Under the pieces are notes generated by a model that saw nothing but the letters and a program-made list of their open reading frames with translations, made no database searches and had not been told where the DNA came from. A stretch of 64,000 nucleotides of DNA from an uncultured Candidatus Rokubacteria bacterium (GTDB lineage Bacteria; Methylomirabilota; Methylomirabilia; Rokubacteriales; DASRDR01), in assembly GCA_963708025.1 (NCBI GenBank), contig CAVPSB010000014.1:1-64000 (forward strand), in the 5' to 3' direction. The translations under genes were made by a program, and so were the position numbers. Below, piece by piece: positions 21,444 to 31,588 of this stretch; within the stretch, counting starts at the first letter, position 1; each line of letters opens with the position of its first letter.

Positions 21444-21999
21444 ACAGAGTATAAGGATCGTGTCGGGCGTGACGATGGTCGCGACCTGCCTCAAGACCAG
21501 TCGGCCGAGTCGGCGACCTTTCGCCGCAAAGCGACGGCGCTGATCATCGGTCAGCCGGAGGCGGCGCCCCTTCACCCGCTCCTTCAGGACGCGGTTCTCC
21601 TCCACAAGGTACTCGATGACGTGCTGTTGGTGCGGTTGACCCATCCCGCGAGGGTCACGAGCAGCACGCGCAAGGGCGAGAGGTCGGCAATCATTCGAAG
21701 ATTCTACCGTGGCCGACCACGGGCAGCCCAGAGCTACAGCTCGGCCGAATATTCGGACAGTACGGGAGGACGCGACCTTCGTGAACCCGGGGGTTCTCCA
21801 CGCCGGGACAGGGGAGAACATCGTGTCGCACGCTGAGCTCCGCTTCAAGGTCCGAGGGAAACGGATGAGATCTGCGGGGGAGGAGCCCCCCCGGCGTGTC
21901 GGGGCGGTGACCAGGGAATCACCGTCGTGATAGGCTGCTCCCGGAACCCAGGTTGCACTACGGTTGCACTGTTTGGTGCGGTTTGGAGGAATTTGGAGA

Positions 22000-23181
22000 A
22001 TGCCACCCTCGAAAGTATGGGCACTTGAGCCCGGAATTACGTTCCTCAACCACGGCTCCTTCGGTGCCTGCCCGCGGGCGGTCCTGGAGGCGCAGCGGGG
22101 CCTCGTGGAACGGCTGGAGGGGGAGCCGGTGCGCTTCCTGAGCCGCGAGCTGGAGGGCCTCCTCGACACCGCCCGGGCCGAGCTGGGTGCATTCGTCGGC
22201 GCCCCGCCCGACGACCTCGCCTTCGTGCCCAACGCGACGGCCGGGGTCAACACGGTGCTGCGCTGGCTCACCTTCCGGGCCGGCGAGGAGCTGCTGGTCA
22301 CCGACCACGGCTACAACGCCTGCCGGAACGCCGTGGAGGCCGTCGCCGGCCGGGCGGGCGCCCGGGTCGTCGTCGCCGAGGTGCCGTTTCCGATCGGCTC
22401 GCCCGACGAGGTGGTCGGCGCCGTCCTGGCCCGGGTCACCCCGAAGACGCGGCTCGCGCTCCTCGACCACGTGACGAGCCCGACGGGGCTCGTGTTCCCC
22501 ATCGCGCGGCTGATCGGCGAGCTGGCCGCCCGCGGCGTCGACACGCTGGTCGACGGCGCCCACGCCCCGGGCATGCTGCCGCTCGACCTGCGTGCCCTGG
22601 GCGCCGCCTACTACACCGGGAACGCCCACAAGTGGATCTGCGCGCCGAAGGGCGCCGCGTTCCTCTACGTGCGTCCCGATCGGCAGCCGGGCATCCGGCC
22701 GCTGTCGATCAGCCACGGCGCCAACTCGCCCCGCACCGACCGTTCGCGCTTCCGCCTGGAGTTCGACTGGAACGGGACCGATGACCCCACGGCGTACCTC
22801 TGCGTCGGCGAGGCGATCCGCCACGTCGGCTCGCTCCTGCCGGGTGGCTGGCCCGAGGTGATGGCGCACAACCGGGCACTGGCCTGCGCGGCCCGCCAGG
22901 TCCTCTGCCAGGCGCTCGACCTCGCGCCGCCCAGCCCGGAGTCCATGCTCGGCTCGCTGGCGTCGGTGCCCCTGCCGGACGGCCGCGCCACGCCGTCTCC
23001 CCGGCGTCCGCGGCAGGACCCGCTCCAGGATGCGCTCTTCGAGCGCTTCGCGATCGAGGTCCCGGTCATGATCTGGCCGACCCCGCCCCGGCGGCTGATC
23101 CGCATCTCGGCCCAGCTCTACAACGCGCCGGCCGACTACGAGCGCCTGGCGGGAGCGCTGCGGACGCTGCTGTGCGGCTGA
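22000..23181 (+). CDS. Class V PLP enzyme (isopenicillin N epimerase / EgtE-like)
   Basis: [42 protein letters not shown]. Confidence 0.9.
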   Translation: MPPSKVWALEPGITFLNHGSFGACPRAVLEAQRGLVERLEGEPVRFLSRELEGLLDTARAELGAFVGAPPDDLAFVPNATAGVNTVLRWLTFRAGEELLVTDHGYNACRNAVEAVAGRAGARVVVAEVPFPIGSPDEVVGAVLARVTPKTRLALLDHVTSPTGLVFPIARLIGELAARGVDTLVDGAHAPGMLPLDLRALGAAYYTGNAHKWICAPKGAAFLYVRPDRQPGIRPLSISHGANSPRTDRSRFRLEFDWNGTDDPTAYLCVGEAIRHVGSLLPGGWPEVMAHNRALACAARQVLCQALDLAPPSPESMLGSLASVPLPDGRATPSPRRPRQDPLQDALFERFAIEVPVMIWPTPPRRLIRISAQLYNAPADYERLAGALRTLLCG

Positions 23182-23430
23182 CTCGGCCGCCTGGGCGGAA
23201 CGTCTTCGTGCCCCCCGGCGCCGCACTTTCTTCTTGACACGGTTTCTGATCGGGCGCTCGCCGTGGTCGCGGCCTCGGCACCAGTCCCGCCCAGGGGGCC
23301 AGGTCGGCCCGTCGCACCGCGGACCGCCGGGCACCGAGTCAAGAATCATTCCTGTTGCATTGATCGCCGTCTGACGGCCTCCCAGGGCAGTCGAAAATCG
23401 CGTGGTAGGGTGCGAGGCAGGAGGCTCGCC

Positions 23431-24489
23431 ATGCACCTCGCCCCGATGCGCACGCCCACACCCGCGACGGCCGACCTCGACCGGCTCGGCGACGAGATCG
23501 CCGAGCTCTCGGCCCACCTCGACGCCGCCATCGCGCGGCTGCTCGCGCTGATCCGCGAGTTCGACGCGCGTGGCGGCCGGGGGAACGGCTTCCGCTCCTG
23601 CGCGGCGTGGTTGAGCTGGCGGGTCGGGCTTGACCTGGGGGCGGCCCGGGAGCGGGTGCGGGTGGCGCGGGCGCTCGGCGAGCTGCCCCGGCTGGCCGCG
23701 GCCTTGGCCCGGGGGGAGCTCTCCTACTCGAAGGTCCGCGCCCTCACGCGGGTCGCCACCCCGGAGACCGAGGCGCGGCTGCTGGCGGTGGGGCGGGCGG
23801 GGACGGCGGCGCACGTGGAGCGGATCGTGCGGGGGTGGCGGCGAGTGGACCGGCAGATGGAGGCGCGGGAGGCAGCGGCGCGGCACCGGGGGCGGTCGCT
23901 CCAGGTGTACCCGGACACGGACGGGATGCTGGTGGTGCGGGGGCGGCCGGAGCCGGAGGTGGGGGCGGTGCTGATCCGGGCGCTGGAGGCAGCGCGCGAG
24001 GCGCTCTTTGTGAAGCGGCGGGCCGCCGTGGTGGGGGGCGCCGAGATGGACCCGCCGAGCCAGGGCCAGCAGCAGGCCGACGCCCTGGCGCTGGTGGCGG
24101 AGACGGCCCTCGCGCAGGGGCTCGATCCGGGCTCGGGGAGCGAGCGGTACCAGGTGGTCGTGCACGTGGACGCCGCCGCGCTGGCCGACCCCGGGCAGCC
24201 GGGGCAGTCGGCGCTCGAGGACGGCGTGCACGTTTCCGCGGAGACGTCCCGGCGGCTGGCCTGTGACGCGACCCGGGTCCTCCTCCGCCACGCGGGCGAC
24301 GGGCAAGTGCTGGACCTGGGGGCGCGGCCAATCTACCGTCCTCGCCCGTCTGCCGCTTCACCGGGTAGGCTGATTCCGGGAAGGCGCGCTCGGGGTTCGC
24401 TGGGTGTGGCCACTCCGCGGTGGATGGCCCAGAGGCAGCCCCTGCGGAGGCAGCCCCTGCGGTTGACGGTCCCCGGGTCCCCGCCCTAG
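23431..24489 (+). pseudogene. DUF222-domain protein lacking the usual C-terminal HNH nuclease
   Basis: SCAAWLSWRVG, GELSYSKVRALTRVA, ETSRRLACDA, VLDLGAR, then homology is lost near 24330. Confidence 0.75.
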
Positions 24490-24545
24490 ACTGGCCTCCA
24501 TCACCCGGCTCGAGTCAGCGGGCCGGGGCAGGCTCCGAGGAGGCC

Positions 24546-25745
24546 ATGGGGCTCGACTTCGAGCTGTCCCCCGAGCACGAGCTCATCCAGAAGGCGACCC
24601 GCGAGCTGCTGGCGCGCTTCGAGCCGCGCCGCGCGGAGTTCCGCCGGATGATCCAGGAGGAGCGGCGCTACCCGCAGGAGCTCTGGGACGCGCTGGCCGA
24701 GATGGGCTTCATGGGAAGCCTGATCCCCGAGGAGTACGGGGGCTCCGGCCTGGGGCTCACCGCGCTGGCGCTGGGGCTGGAGGAGCTGTCGAGCGCCGGG
24801 ATCGCCGCCAGCACCCTCCTGCTCCTGACCGGCATGGACGCGCTCTGCATCCTGCGCAACGGCTCCGAGGCCCTCAAGCAGCGGTTCCTGCCGGGCATCG
24901 CCACCGGCCGCCTCAAGTTCTGCTTCGCGATCACCGAGCCCGACGCCGGCTCGAACTCTTTCCGCATCAGCACCCGCGCCGAGCGCCAGGGCGACGCCTA
25001 CGAGATCACCGGCAGCAAGGTCTTCATCACCGGCGTGGACGTCACCGACTACATGCTCCTCGTCACCCGGACCACCGCGTACAAGGACGTCGCGGCCCAG
25101 AAGCTCCCCAAGGCCCACGGCTTCTCGCTGTTCGTGGTGCCGACGGACGCCCCCGGGCTCGAGAAGCGGAAGCTCCCCATGCGGGGCATCGAGGGCCACA
25201 ACCAGTTCCTGCTCTTCTTCGACCGGGTCCGGGTGCCGGCCGAGAACCTGGTGGGGGTGGAGAACCAGGGCGCCACCGCCCTGTTCAACTCGCTGAACCC
25301 GGAGCGGATCCTGGCCGCCGCCTCCGCCTGCGGGACCATCGCCTACCTCCTGCGCCGGGCCTGCGAGTACGCCCGCGAGCGCAAGGTGTTCGGCGATCGG
25401 CCGATCGGCGCCTACCAGGGGCTGGCCCACCCGCTGGCCGAGGTCCGGATCGAGCTGGACGCGGTGCGGCTCCTGACCTACCGCGCGGCGTGGGCGTTCG
25501 ACCGCGGCGACCCGCCGGCCACCGTGGGCGCCTACGCGAACATGGCCAAGTACATGGCCGCCGAGACGGGGGTCAAGGCGGCCGACCGGGCCATCGAGAC
25601 CCTGGGGGGCTACGGGTTCTCGGAGGAGTACGGGATCATCCACGCGTGGGAGGGCATGCGGCTCCTCCGGACGGCCCCCGTCTCGCGCGAGATGATCCTG
25701 AACCACATCGCCGAGCACGTGCTCGAGCTGCCCCGCTCGTATTGA
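24546..25745 (+). CDS. Acyl-CoA dehydrogenase
   Basis: IPEEYGGSG, FAITEPDAGS, ITGSKVFIT, RKVFGDRPIGAYQ, LGGYGF. Confidence 0.95.
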   Translation: MGLDFELSPEHELIQKATRELLARFEPRRAEFRRMIQEERRYPQELWDALAEMGFMGSLIPEEYGGSGLGLTALALGLEELSSAGIAASTLLLLTGMDALCILRNGSEALKQRFLPGIATGRLKFCFAITEPDAGSNSFRISTRAERQGDAYEITGSKVFITGVDVTDYMLLVTRTTAYKDVAAQKLPKAHGFSLFVVPTDAPGLEKRKLPMRGIEGHNQFLLFFDRVRVPAENLVGVENQGATALFNSLNPERILAAASACGTIAYLLRRACEYARERKVFGDRPIGAYQGLAHPLAEVRIELDAVRLLTYRAAWAFDRGDPPATVGAYANMAKYMAAETGVKAADRAIETLGGYGFSEEYGIIHAWEGMRLLRTAPVSREMILNHIAEHVLELPRSY

Positions 25746-25893
25746 GCCGATGACCGGGCTCAACATGGCGGCCAGCATCCACTTTCTGGCCGCCATCGAC
25801 AACGCCGGCTACTTCGAGGCCGACGTCTCGAGGCCTTCCTATCAAGCACCCGGTCATCGAGGGGCCGAGCTACGTGTGAAGAGGAGTCACGCC

Positions 25894-26355
25894 GTGAGTC
25901 ACAAGCTGGACTTGCTGAAGCAGGCGGCCGAGGAGTACCGGGCCTTCCACGACGCGATCGAGGGGCTCAACGAGGAGCAGCTCACGACGCCCTGGCTCGG
26001 GACCTGGAGCGTGAAGGAGATCGTCGCCCACATCGTCGGGTGGCATCGCGAGATGCGGCCGGCGCTCGAGCGGATGGCCCGGGGCGAGCGGCCGATCCCG
26101 CCCGGGGTGAGCTACGAGGACGTGGACGCCTGGAACGCCCGGTTCGCGGCGGCCGCCCGCGAGAAGCAGGTGACGGCCGTGCTGCTCGAGTTCGACGAGT
26201 CGCACGAGGACTTCATCACCGCGGCCGCGGCCGTCCCCGACGAGCGCTTCGAGCCCGGCAAGACGGCCTACAAGATCGTCGATCTGAACAGCGCCCACCA
26301 CTACAAGGCGCACCGAGACGAGATCCGCGCCTGGCGGGAGTCTTCGGGCATCTGA
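25894..26355 (+). CDS. DinB/ClbS-like four-helix-bundle protein
   Basis: WSVKEIVAHIVGW, VDAWNA, terminal HHYKAH; GAGGAG RBS. Confidence 0.8.
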   Translation: MSHKLDLLKQAAEEYRAFHDAIEGLNEEQLTTPWLGTWSVKEIVAHIVGWHREMRPALERMARGERPIPPGVSYEDVDAWNARFAAAAREKQVTAVLLEFDESHEDFITAAAAVPDERFEPGKTAYKIVDLNSAHHYKAHRDEIRAWRESSGI

Positions 26356-26545
26356 TCCGCTCCGTTCGCGCTCCGGGCGCGGGAGGAAGGCCGGCCGGCT
26401 CTCGACCCGATCATGGCGGCCAGGCTGGCCGGCTCGGCGTAGAATGAAGTCGATGTCAGCGTCGATCTCGGAAGCTCTTCCTCGAGCACCTGGCGGAGGT
26501 CGCCAGGTCGGGCAGCCGATGAGCCGCTCCGGGGACGGTCGGGTG

Positions 26546-28009
26546 ATGCCGCGGCGAGCTCGAAGAGGCCGTGTCCGCCTCGCGATCGCGCTGCTCGGCG
26601 GGGGTCTCCTGGCCGCCGGGGCCGTCGCGACACCCGTGCGCGCCCAGACCGGCTCCGGTCCCGTCAGCTGGGAGGTCGTGGACATCACGCAGACCGTGCG
26701 GTCCGACGGTCGCGGCATCCGGTGGGATTTCCTGCTGGTCCTCCGGGAGACGAAGGGCCGCGCGATCCAGTTCGAGAGCCGGGAGAGCCTGATGCTGGGA
26801 GCGACGAAGTCGGCACCCCGGGCGGTGCCCTACCGTGAGCGCCTGGCGCCCAACGCGGAGCTCAAGTTGCCGCTTGCGAGCACGATCCAGTCGTCCTCCG
26901 GGCTGCCCGCCGCCAAGAGCGTGACGGTGCGGTGGGTCTTCACCGGCAAGGACGACGCCGGCCAGCCGGTCAGCTTCGAGGTCCGGCTCCCGCTCGACCG
27001 GGGAACCGGACGGCGGCTGCCTGCTCCACCGGTCGCGCCCGGCCCGAGCGCTCTGCCCCGGATCCCGGTGACCACGACCACGCTGGTCGTGGGGGAGTGG
27101 CAGGGACACTACCGGACATCGGACGGCTACGATCTGCCGCTCAGGCTCGTCCTCGGGGAGGGGTCCTTCGAGGCCTGGGAAGCCGATCCGGTGCGCCGCC
27201 GATTCCGGGGCCGCCTGGGCGTCCAGGACGGGCAGCTCACCTGGTCCACCTCGAACAGCACCGGAACGCTCACGCTGCACGACGACGGTGGCAAGCGGGT
27301 CCTGGCCGGACGCCTTGTCCTCACGGCTCCGGACCGCCCGTCGCAGAACTACGACATCCGGGTGGTGGAATCGAGGCTCGCCATCGCGTCGCCGGCGGCA
27401 CCCGCCTCGGCGGCTCCGGCCGCCCCCGTGCCCGGTCCCACGATCGCGTTCCGCTACCCGCCGGATCAGGCGCGGATGACCGAGCAGACCAGCAGTGTCG
27501 TCGCCGACGTCTCGTCCGACCGTGGGCTCTCGGGGATCGGGGTCAGCGTCAACGGCGCTCGCGTGTACGAGCAAAGGGTCTCGGGCGCGAAGGCGGTACC
27601 CCTCAACATCCCGATCACCCTCCGGGAGGGGGCGAACGTCATCGTGGTCATCGCCGCCGAGGCCGGGGGCGGCGTCCGCCAGGAGGTCCGGACGGTGACC
27701 TACCAGCTGCCGGCCGGGATCCGCGTCTCGTACCGGGTGCTCGGGAGCGCGATGAACCTGAACCTCAAGTACCGGAGCCCGGACGGGCGCACCGAGGAGA
27801 AGAAGGTGCTCCTGCCCATCGACGCCGCGTGGGAGCTGCTTTTCAGCGCGCGGGAGGGCGACACGCTCGAGGTCACCGCCCAGAACGCGGGGGAGGCGGG
27901 CTGGGTGACCTGCGAGATCGTGGTCGAGGGCACGGCCATCGCCGCCCGGACCCAGGAGGGGCGCGAGCCGACCGTGACCTGCCGGGGCACCGTCAGCCCC
28001 CCTCGCTGA
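26546..28009 (+). CDS. Secreted multidomain beta protein with C-terminal MmpS-like domain (paralog 1)
   Basis: Signal peptide ending VRA-Q; Ig-like segment; SYRV.GS...W...VTAQN...VTCEIVVEG...VTC. Confidence 0.7.
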   Translation: MPRRARRGRVRLAIALLGGGLLAAGAVATPVRAQTGSGPVSWEVVDITQTVRSDGRGIRWDFLLVLRETKGRAIQFESRESLMLGATKSAPRAVPYRERLAPNAELKLPLASTIQSSSGLPAAKSVTVRWVFTGKDDAGQPVSFEVRLPLDRGTGRRLPAPPVAPGPSALPRIPVTTTTLVVGEWQGHYRTSDGYDLPLRLVLGEGSFEAWEADPVRRRFRGRLGVQDGQLTWSTSNSTGTLTLHDDGGKRVLAGRLVLTAPDRPSQNYDIRVVESRLAIASPAAPASAAPAAPVPGPTIAFRYPPDQARMTEQTSSVVADVSSDRGLSGIGVSVNGARVYEQRVSGAKAVPLNIPITLREGANVIVVIAAEAGGGVRQEVRTVTYQLPAGIRVSYRVLGSAMNLNLKYRSPDGRTEEKKVLLPIDAAWELLFSAREGDTLEVTAQNAGEAGWVTCEIVVEGTAIAARTQEGREPTVTCRGTVSPPR

Positions 28010-28217
28010 CGACGCGGCGCGGTCAGGCGCCGGGGCTCCTCGGGACGACGACTCCCGGCGTAACGTCCGGTCCCCTTGACAGCCCGGCCGGGCTCGTTGG
28101 CTAATACAGCCCGACGAGAATCGCCTAGGGCCGGGGCACCGCCGCGAGCCGGCGTGCGTCCTCGATGCCTCCACGGGCTAGACCCTGTCGGCGCCGTCGG
28201 GGGAGGGGAGGGTTGAC

Positions 28218-29780
28218 ATGCGCCACCGGAGTGCTCTCCACGTCACGGCCGTCTTGCTGGCCGCCTGGCTGTCCGGATGTGCCACGACGCCGGGCGACCG
28301 TCCCGGGGCGACCTCGGGCCCGGTGAGCTGGGAGATCGTTGACATCACACAGGCCCTGCGATCCGACGGTCGAGGCACCCGATGGGACTACTCCATCGTC
28401 CTGAAGGAAACGCGGGGCACGGCAATCCTGTTCGAGAAGCGGGAAACCGTCATGCTGGGCCAGAATGTCAATTCGGCTCCTCATGTGGTGCCTTACCGCG
28501 AGCGTCTGGGCCCAAACTCCCAGATCAAGCTCCAGACGTTCAGCACGTTCACCTTCACCGCCAGCGTTCAGAGCGGCTTCGGAGGGATCCCCCTGGACCG
28601 GGTCCTGACGATGGTGATTCGCTTCTCTGGAAAGGACGACAACGGCCGGCCGATCAGCTTCGACGTTCGCGTCCCGCTCGATCGGGGGACCGGGCGACGG
28701 CTGATCGCTCCGGCGGTCGCACCTGGCCCCGCCTCGCTCCCGCGCGTTCCGGTGAGCACGGTCGGGGCCCTCACCGGAGAATGGTCCGGCCACTACCGGA
28801 ATCCCGACGGCTACGACCTGCCCCTCAAGCTCACCATCAAGGACGACGGATCCTTTCAGGCCATCGAAGGAGACCCGGCAAGGAATCGCTACTCGGGTAC
28901 CATCAGCGTTCGTGATGGCCAGGTTCTCTGGTCTCAGCGGACGAGTAGCGGTCCGCTCACGCTTCACGAGGAGGGGGGCAAGCGAATCCTGGCCGGGCGT
29001 GTTCTCATCACATCCGGCTCTCAGCCGCTGAACTACGACATCCGGGTGGTCGAGTCAAAGCCTGCGATGGTGTCACCGGCCTCCGAGACGCCGCGGGTTG
29101 CGACGCCCACGTCCATTGCCGCCCCCACCCCGACGCTCGCCCCCCCGGTCTCGTCGCGCGCCGGGTCGCCCGCGGTCACCGCCCCGGAGGCTCGGACCGC
29201 TTCGGGTCTCACGATCGCGTTCCGCTACCCGCCGGACCAGGGGCGCGTGACCGATGCGGCCACGGCCGTCGTCGCCGACATCTCCTCCGACCGCGGGCTG
29301 GCGACGGTCGGGGTGAGCGTCAACGGCGCCCGCGTCTACGAGCAGAACGAGTCGGGGGCGAAGGCGGTGCCGTTGAATGTCCCGATCAGCCTCCGGGAGG
29401 GGGCGAACGTCATCGTCGTCAGCGCGACGGAGGCCGGGGGCGGCGTCCGCCAGGAGGTCCGGACGGTGACCTACCAGCTCGCGGCCGGGATCCGCGTCTC
29501 GTACCGGGTGCACGGGAGCGCGATGAACCTGAACCTCAAGTACCGGAGCCCGGACGGGCGCACCGAGCAGAAGAAGGTGCTCCTGCCGATCGATGCCGCG
29601 TGGGAGCTGCTCTTCAGCGCGCGGGAGGGCGACACGCTCGAGGTCACCGCCCAGAACGCGGGAGAAGCGGGCTGGGTGACCTGCGAGATCGTGGTCGAGG
29701 GCACCGCCATCGCCGCCCGGACCGAGGAGGGGCGCGAGCCGACCGTGACCTGCAAGGGGATCGTCACCCCGCCTCGCTGA
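28218..29780 (+). CDS. Lipoprotein paralog 2 with C-terminal MmpS-like domain
   Basis: Lipobox LSGC; colinear with 26546-28009. Confidence 0.75.
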   Translation: MRHRSALHVTAVLLAAWLSGCATTPGDRPGATSGPVSWEIVDITQALRSDGRGTRWDYSIVLKETRGTAILFEKRETVMLGQNVNSAPHVVPYRERLGPNSQIKLQTFSTFTFTASVQSGFGGIPLDRVLTMVIRFSGKDDNGRPISFDVRVPLDRGTGRRLIAPAVAPGPASLPRVPVSTVGALTGEWSGHYRNPDGYDLPLKLTIKDDGSFQAIEGDPARNRYSGTISVRDGQVLWSQRTSSGPLTLHEEGGKRILAGRVLITSGSQPLNYDIRVVESKPAMVSPASETPRVATPTSIAAPTPTLAPPVSSRAGSPAVTAPEARTASGLTIAFRYPPDQGRVTDAATAVVADISSDRGLATVGVSVNGARVYEQNESGAKAVPLNVPISLREGANVIVVSATEAGGGVRQEVRTVTYQLAAGIRVSYRVHGSAMNLNLKYRSPDGRTEQKKVLLPIDAAWELLFSAREGDTLEVTAQNAGEAGWVTCEIVVEGTAIAARTEEGREPTVTCKGIVTPPR

Positions 29781-29861
29781 CCGGACCGTCAGACCTCGCC
29801 CGGCCTCGCCGAACGCGCTGGACGTCGTTCGCCGTCTCGCGCGGTCACCCGCCCGCCATCC

Positions 29862-30346
29862 TCAGGACGACGACTCGCGGCGGAACGCCTGGACCCGCTG
29901 GACCAGGAGCGGACGTCCCGACACCGTGAAGGCCTGGATCTCGGCGTAGTGCTGGCCGGACGTGTGGACCAGCTCGGCGTCGAGGCGGGCCGGGGGCTTC
30001 GGGAAGCGCGGTAGCTCGAAGGTGACCATCGCGTAGCAGGCGGGGCAGGCGGCGGTGACGACCGTCAACTCGCCGCCGGCCAGCCCGGTTGTCGGGAGCC
30101 CGTCGCCGCGCATGATCGTCGCCATGAAGAAGGAGCCGACCGGGCGCTGCTGGCGTCGGTCGGCCCGGCGCCGGTCGCCGTCGGGCGACTGGCCGCCGCT
30201 CCGGCGGCGGTCGCGCCGCCGGCGCTCCGGATCACGTGGAACGGCGCGCCCGCCTTCAGACTCTGGCGGAGCCGCTCGTAGAGCTCCTTCTGCTCGTGCG
30301 GGATGACGACGAGCCAGCGCGGATGGCCCGGATCCGGCCCGACCAT
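29862..30346 (-). CDS. Hypothetical protein with RR-x-DRR motifs and CxxC (frameshift near 30230)
   Basis: LVVIPHEQKELYERLRQSL...RRRDRR...DRRRADRR...CPAC...HYAEIQAF. Confidence 0.6.
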
Positions 30347-30457
30347 GGGCGGGCGTCAGCGATGCCGGACGGGACGGGGAACGTCTTCGAGACAGGCGAG
30401 CATCGACCCCTCCCCGGGATGTCCGTCGGTCTTGGCGGAGTGCTCGCCCGAGATCCG

Positions 30458-30474
30458 AGCAGGGATCGTGCCAG
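30458..30474 (-). promoter_or_regulatory. Putative sigma-54 promoter
   Basis: Minus strand CTGGCACGATCCCTGCT, GG-N10-GC. Confidence 0.6.
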
Positions 30475-30649
30475 CCGGTTCCGAGTCTCAAGCGCGCGTG
30501 GCCAAAAGACCCGCCGGGCCGTGTCCCACCCGGGAGCGGCCCGGTTTCGTCCGCACCGGTCAGATCCCGGCCGGTCGGAGCCGGACCGGCGCCGTACCGA
30601 TCGGCAACCTCGGGGCCTGCATGGGGGCTGCGTGTAGTATTGAGGAGCC

Positions 30650-31588
30650 ATGGCCGCCCCGCTGGATCTGATCCGCCGGCTGGAGGAGAACCTCCGCCGC
30701 GCGCTCGTGGGCAAGCCGGACGTCGTGCGCCTCGCCGTGATCGGCCTGCTCGCCCGCGGACACCTCCTCATCGAGGACGTGCCCGGGGTGGGGAAGACCA
30801 CCCTGGCCGCGGCGCTGGCCCGCTCCATCGGTTGCGGCTTCCAGCGCATCCAGTTCACCTCGGACATGCTGCCCTCGGATGTCCTCGGCGTGACGGTCTG
30901 GGAGCCGCAGCGCGGCGACTTCGTGTTCAAGCCGGGTCCCCTCTTCACCAACGTCGTCCTCGCCGACGAGATCAACCGGACCACGCCCAAGACGCAGTCG
31001 GCGCTGCTGGAGGCGATGAACGAAGCGCAGGTCTCGCTCGATCACACGACCTACCCGCTGCCGCGCCCGTTCATGGTGCTGGCAACCCAGAACCCGCGCG
31101 AGTACGAGGGGACGTACCCGCTGCCGGAGTCCCAGCTCGACCGGTTCCTCCTGCGGATCCGTATCGGCTACCCCGATTCCCCCGACGAGAAGACCATCCT
31201 GAGATCTGCGGCGACGCCGTCGCTGCCCGCGCTGGCGCCGGTAGTCGACGCGGCTGATGTCCTCGTGCTCCAGGACACGGCCGACCACGTCCGGGCCGAC
31301 GAGTCGGTGCTGGACTACCTCCTGGCCCTGGTGACCGCGACCCGCGCGACGCCGCTCCTGTCGCTGGGGGTGAGCCCACGGGGCTCCCTCGCGCTCCTCC
31401 GCGCGGCCCGGGCCCAGGCCCTCGCCGACGGCCGCGACTACCTGGTCCCGGACGACGTGAAGTCGCTGGCGGTGCCCGCGCTGGCCCACCGGGTGCTGAC
31501 GCGGGCGCCGGTCTCGGACCTGGCCGCGTCCGGCGACGCCGAGGTCGTGGTGCGAGCGATCGTGCAGGACGTCCCGGTGCCCCGGTGA
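30650..31588 (+). CDS. moxR: MoxR-family AAA+ ATPase
   Basis: [42 protein letters not shown]. Confidence 0.95.
   Translation: MAAPLDLIRRLEENLRRALVGKPDVVRLAVIGLLARGHLLIEDVPGVGKTTLAAALARSIGCGFQRIQFTSDMLPSDVLGVTVWEPQRGDFVFKPGPLFTNVVLADEINRTTPKTQSALLEAMNEAQVSLDHTTYPLPRPFMVLATQNPREYEGTYPLPESQLDRFLLRIRIGYPDSPDEKTILRSAATPSLPALAPVVDAADVLVLQDTADHVRADESVLDYLLALVTATRATPLLSLGVSPRGSLALLRAARAQALADGRDYLVPDDVKSLAVPALAHRVLTRAPVSDLAASGDAEVVVRAIVQDVPVPR

Larger units (their letters stand above)
19904..21455 (-). mobile_element. Complete IS110-family element flanked by CT cores
   Basis: CT (AG on +) at 19904-19905 and 21454-21455; removing the element restores the host frame PDTILRWHR. Confidence 0.92.
19016..21766 (-). 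mobile_element. Integrase-core (rve) transposable element with 24-bp terminal inverted repeats, interrupted by IS110
   Basis: CCCGTAGTGTCCGAATATTCGGCC (19016-19039) matches the reverse complement of 21743-21766 with 1 mismatch; ORF pieces [51 protein letters not shown]. Confidence 0.85.

Noticed and set aside
26546-29780. Diversity-generating retroelement template/variable repeat pair
   Set aside because: No reverse transcriptase in the window, differences are not adenine-specific, and both copies are coding
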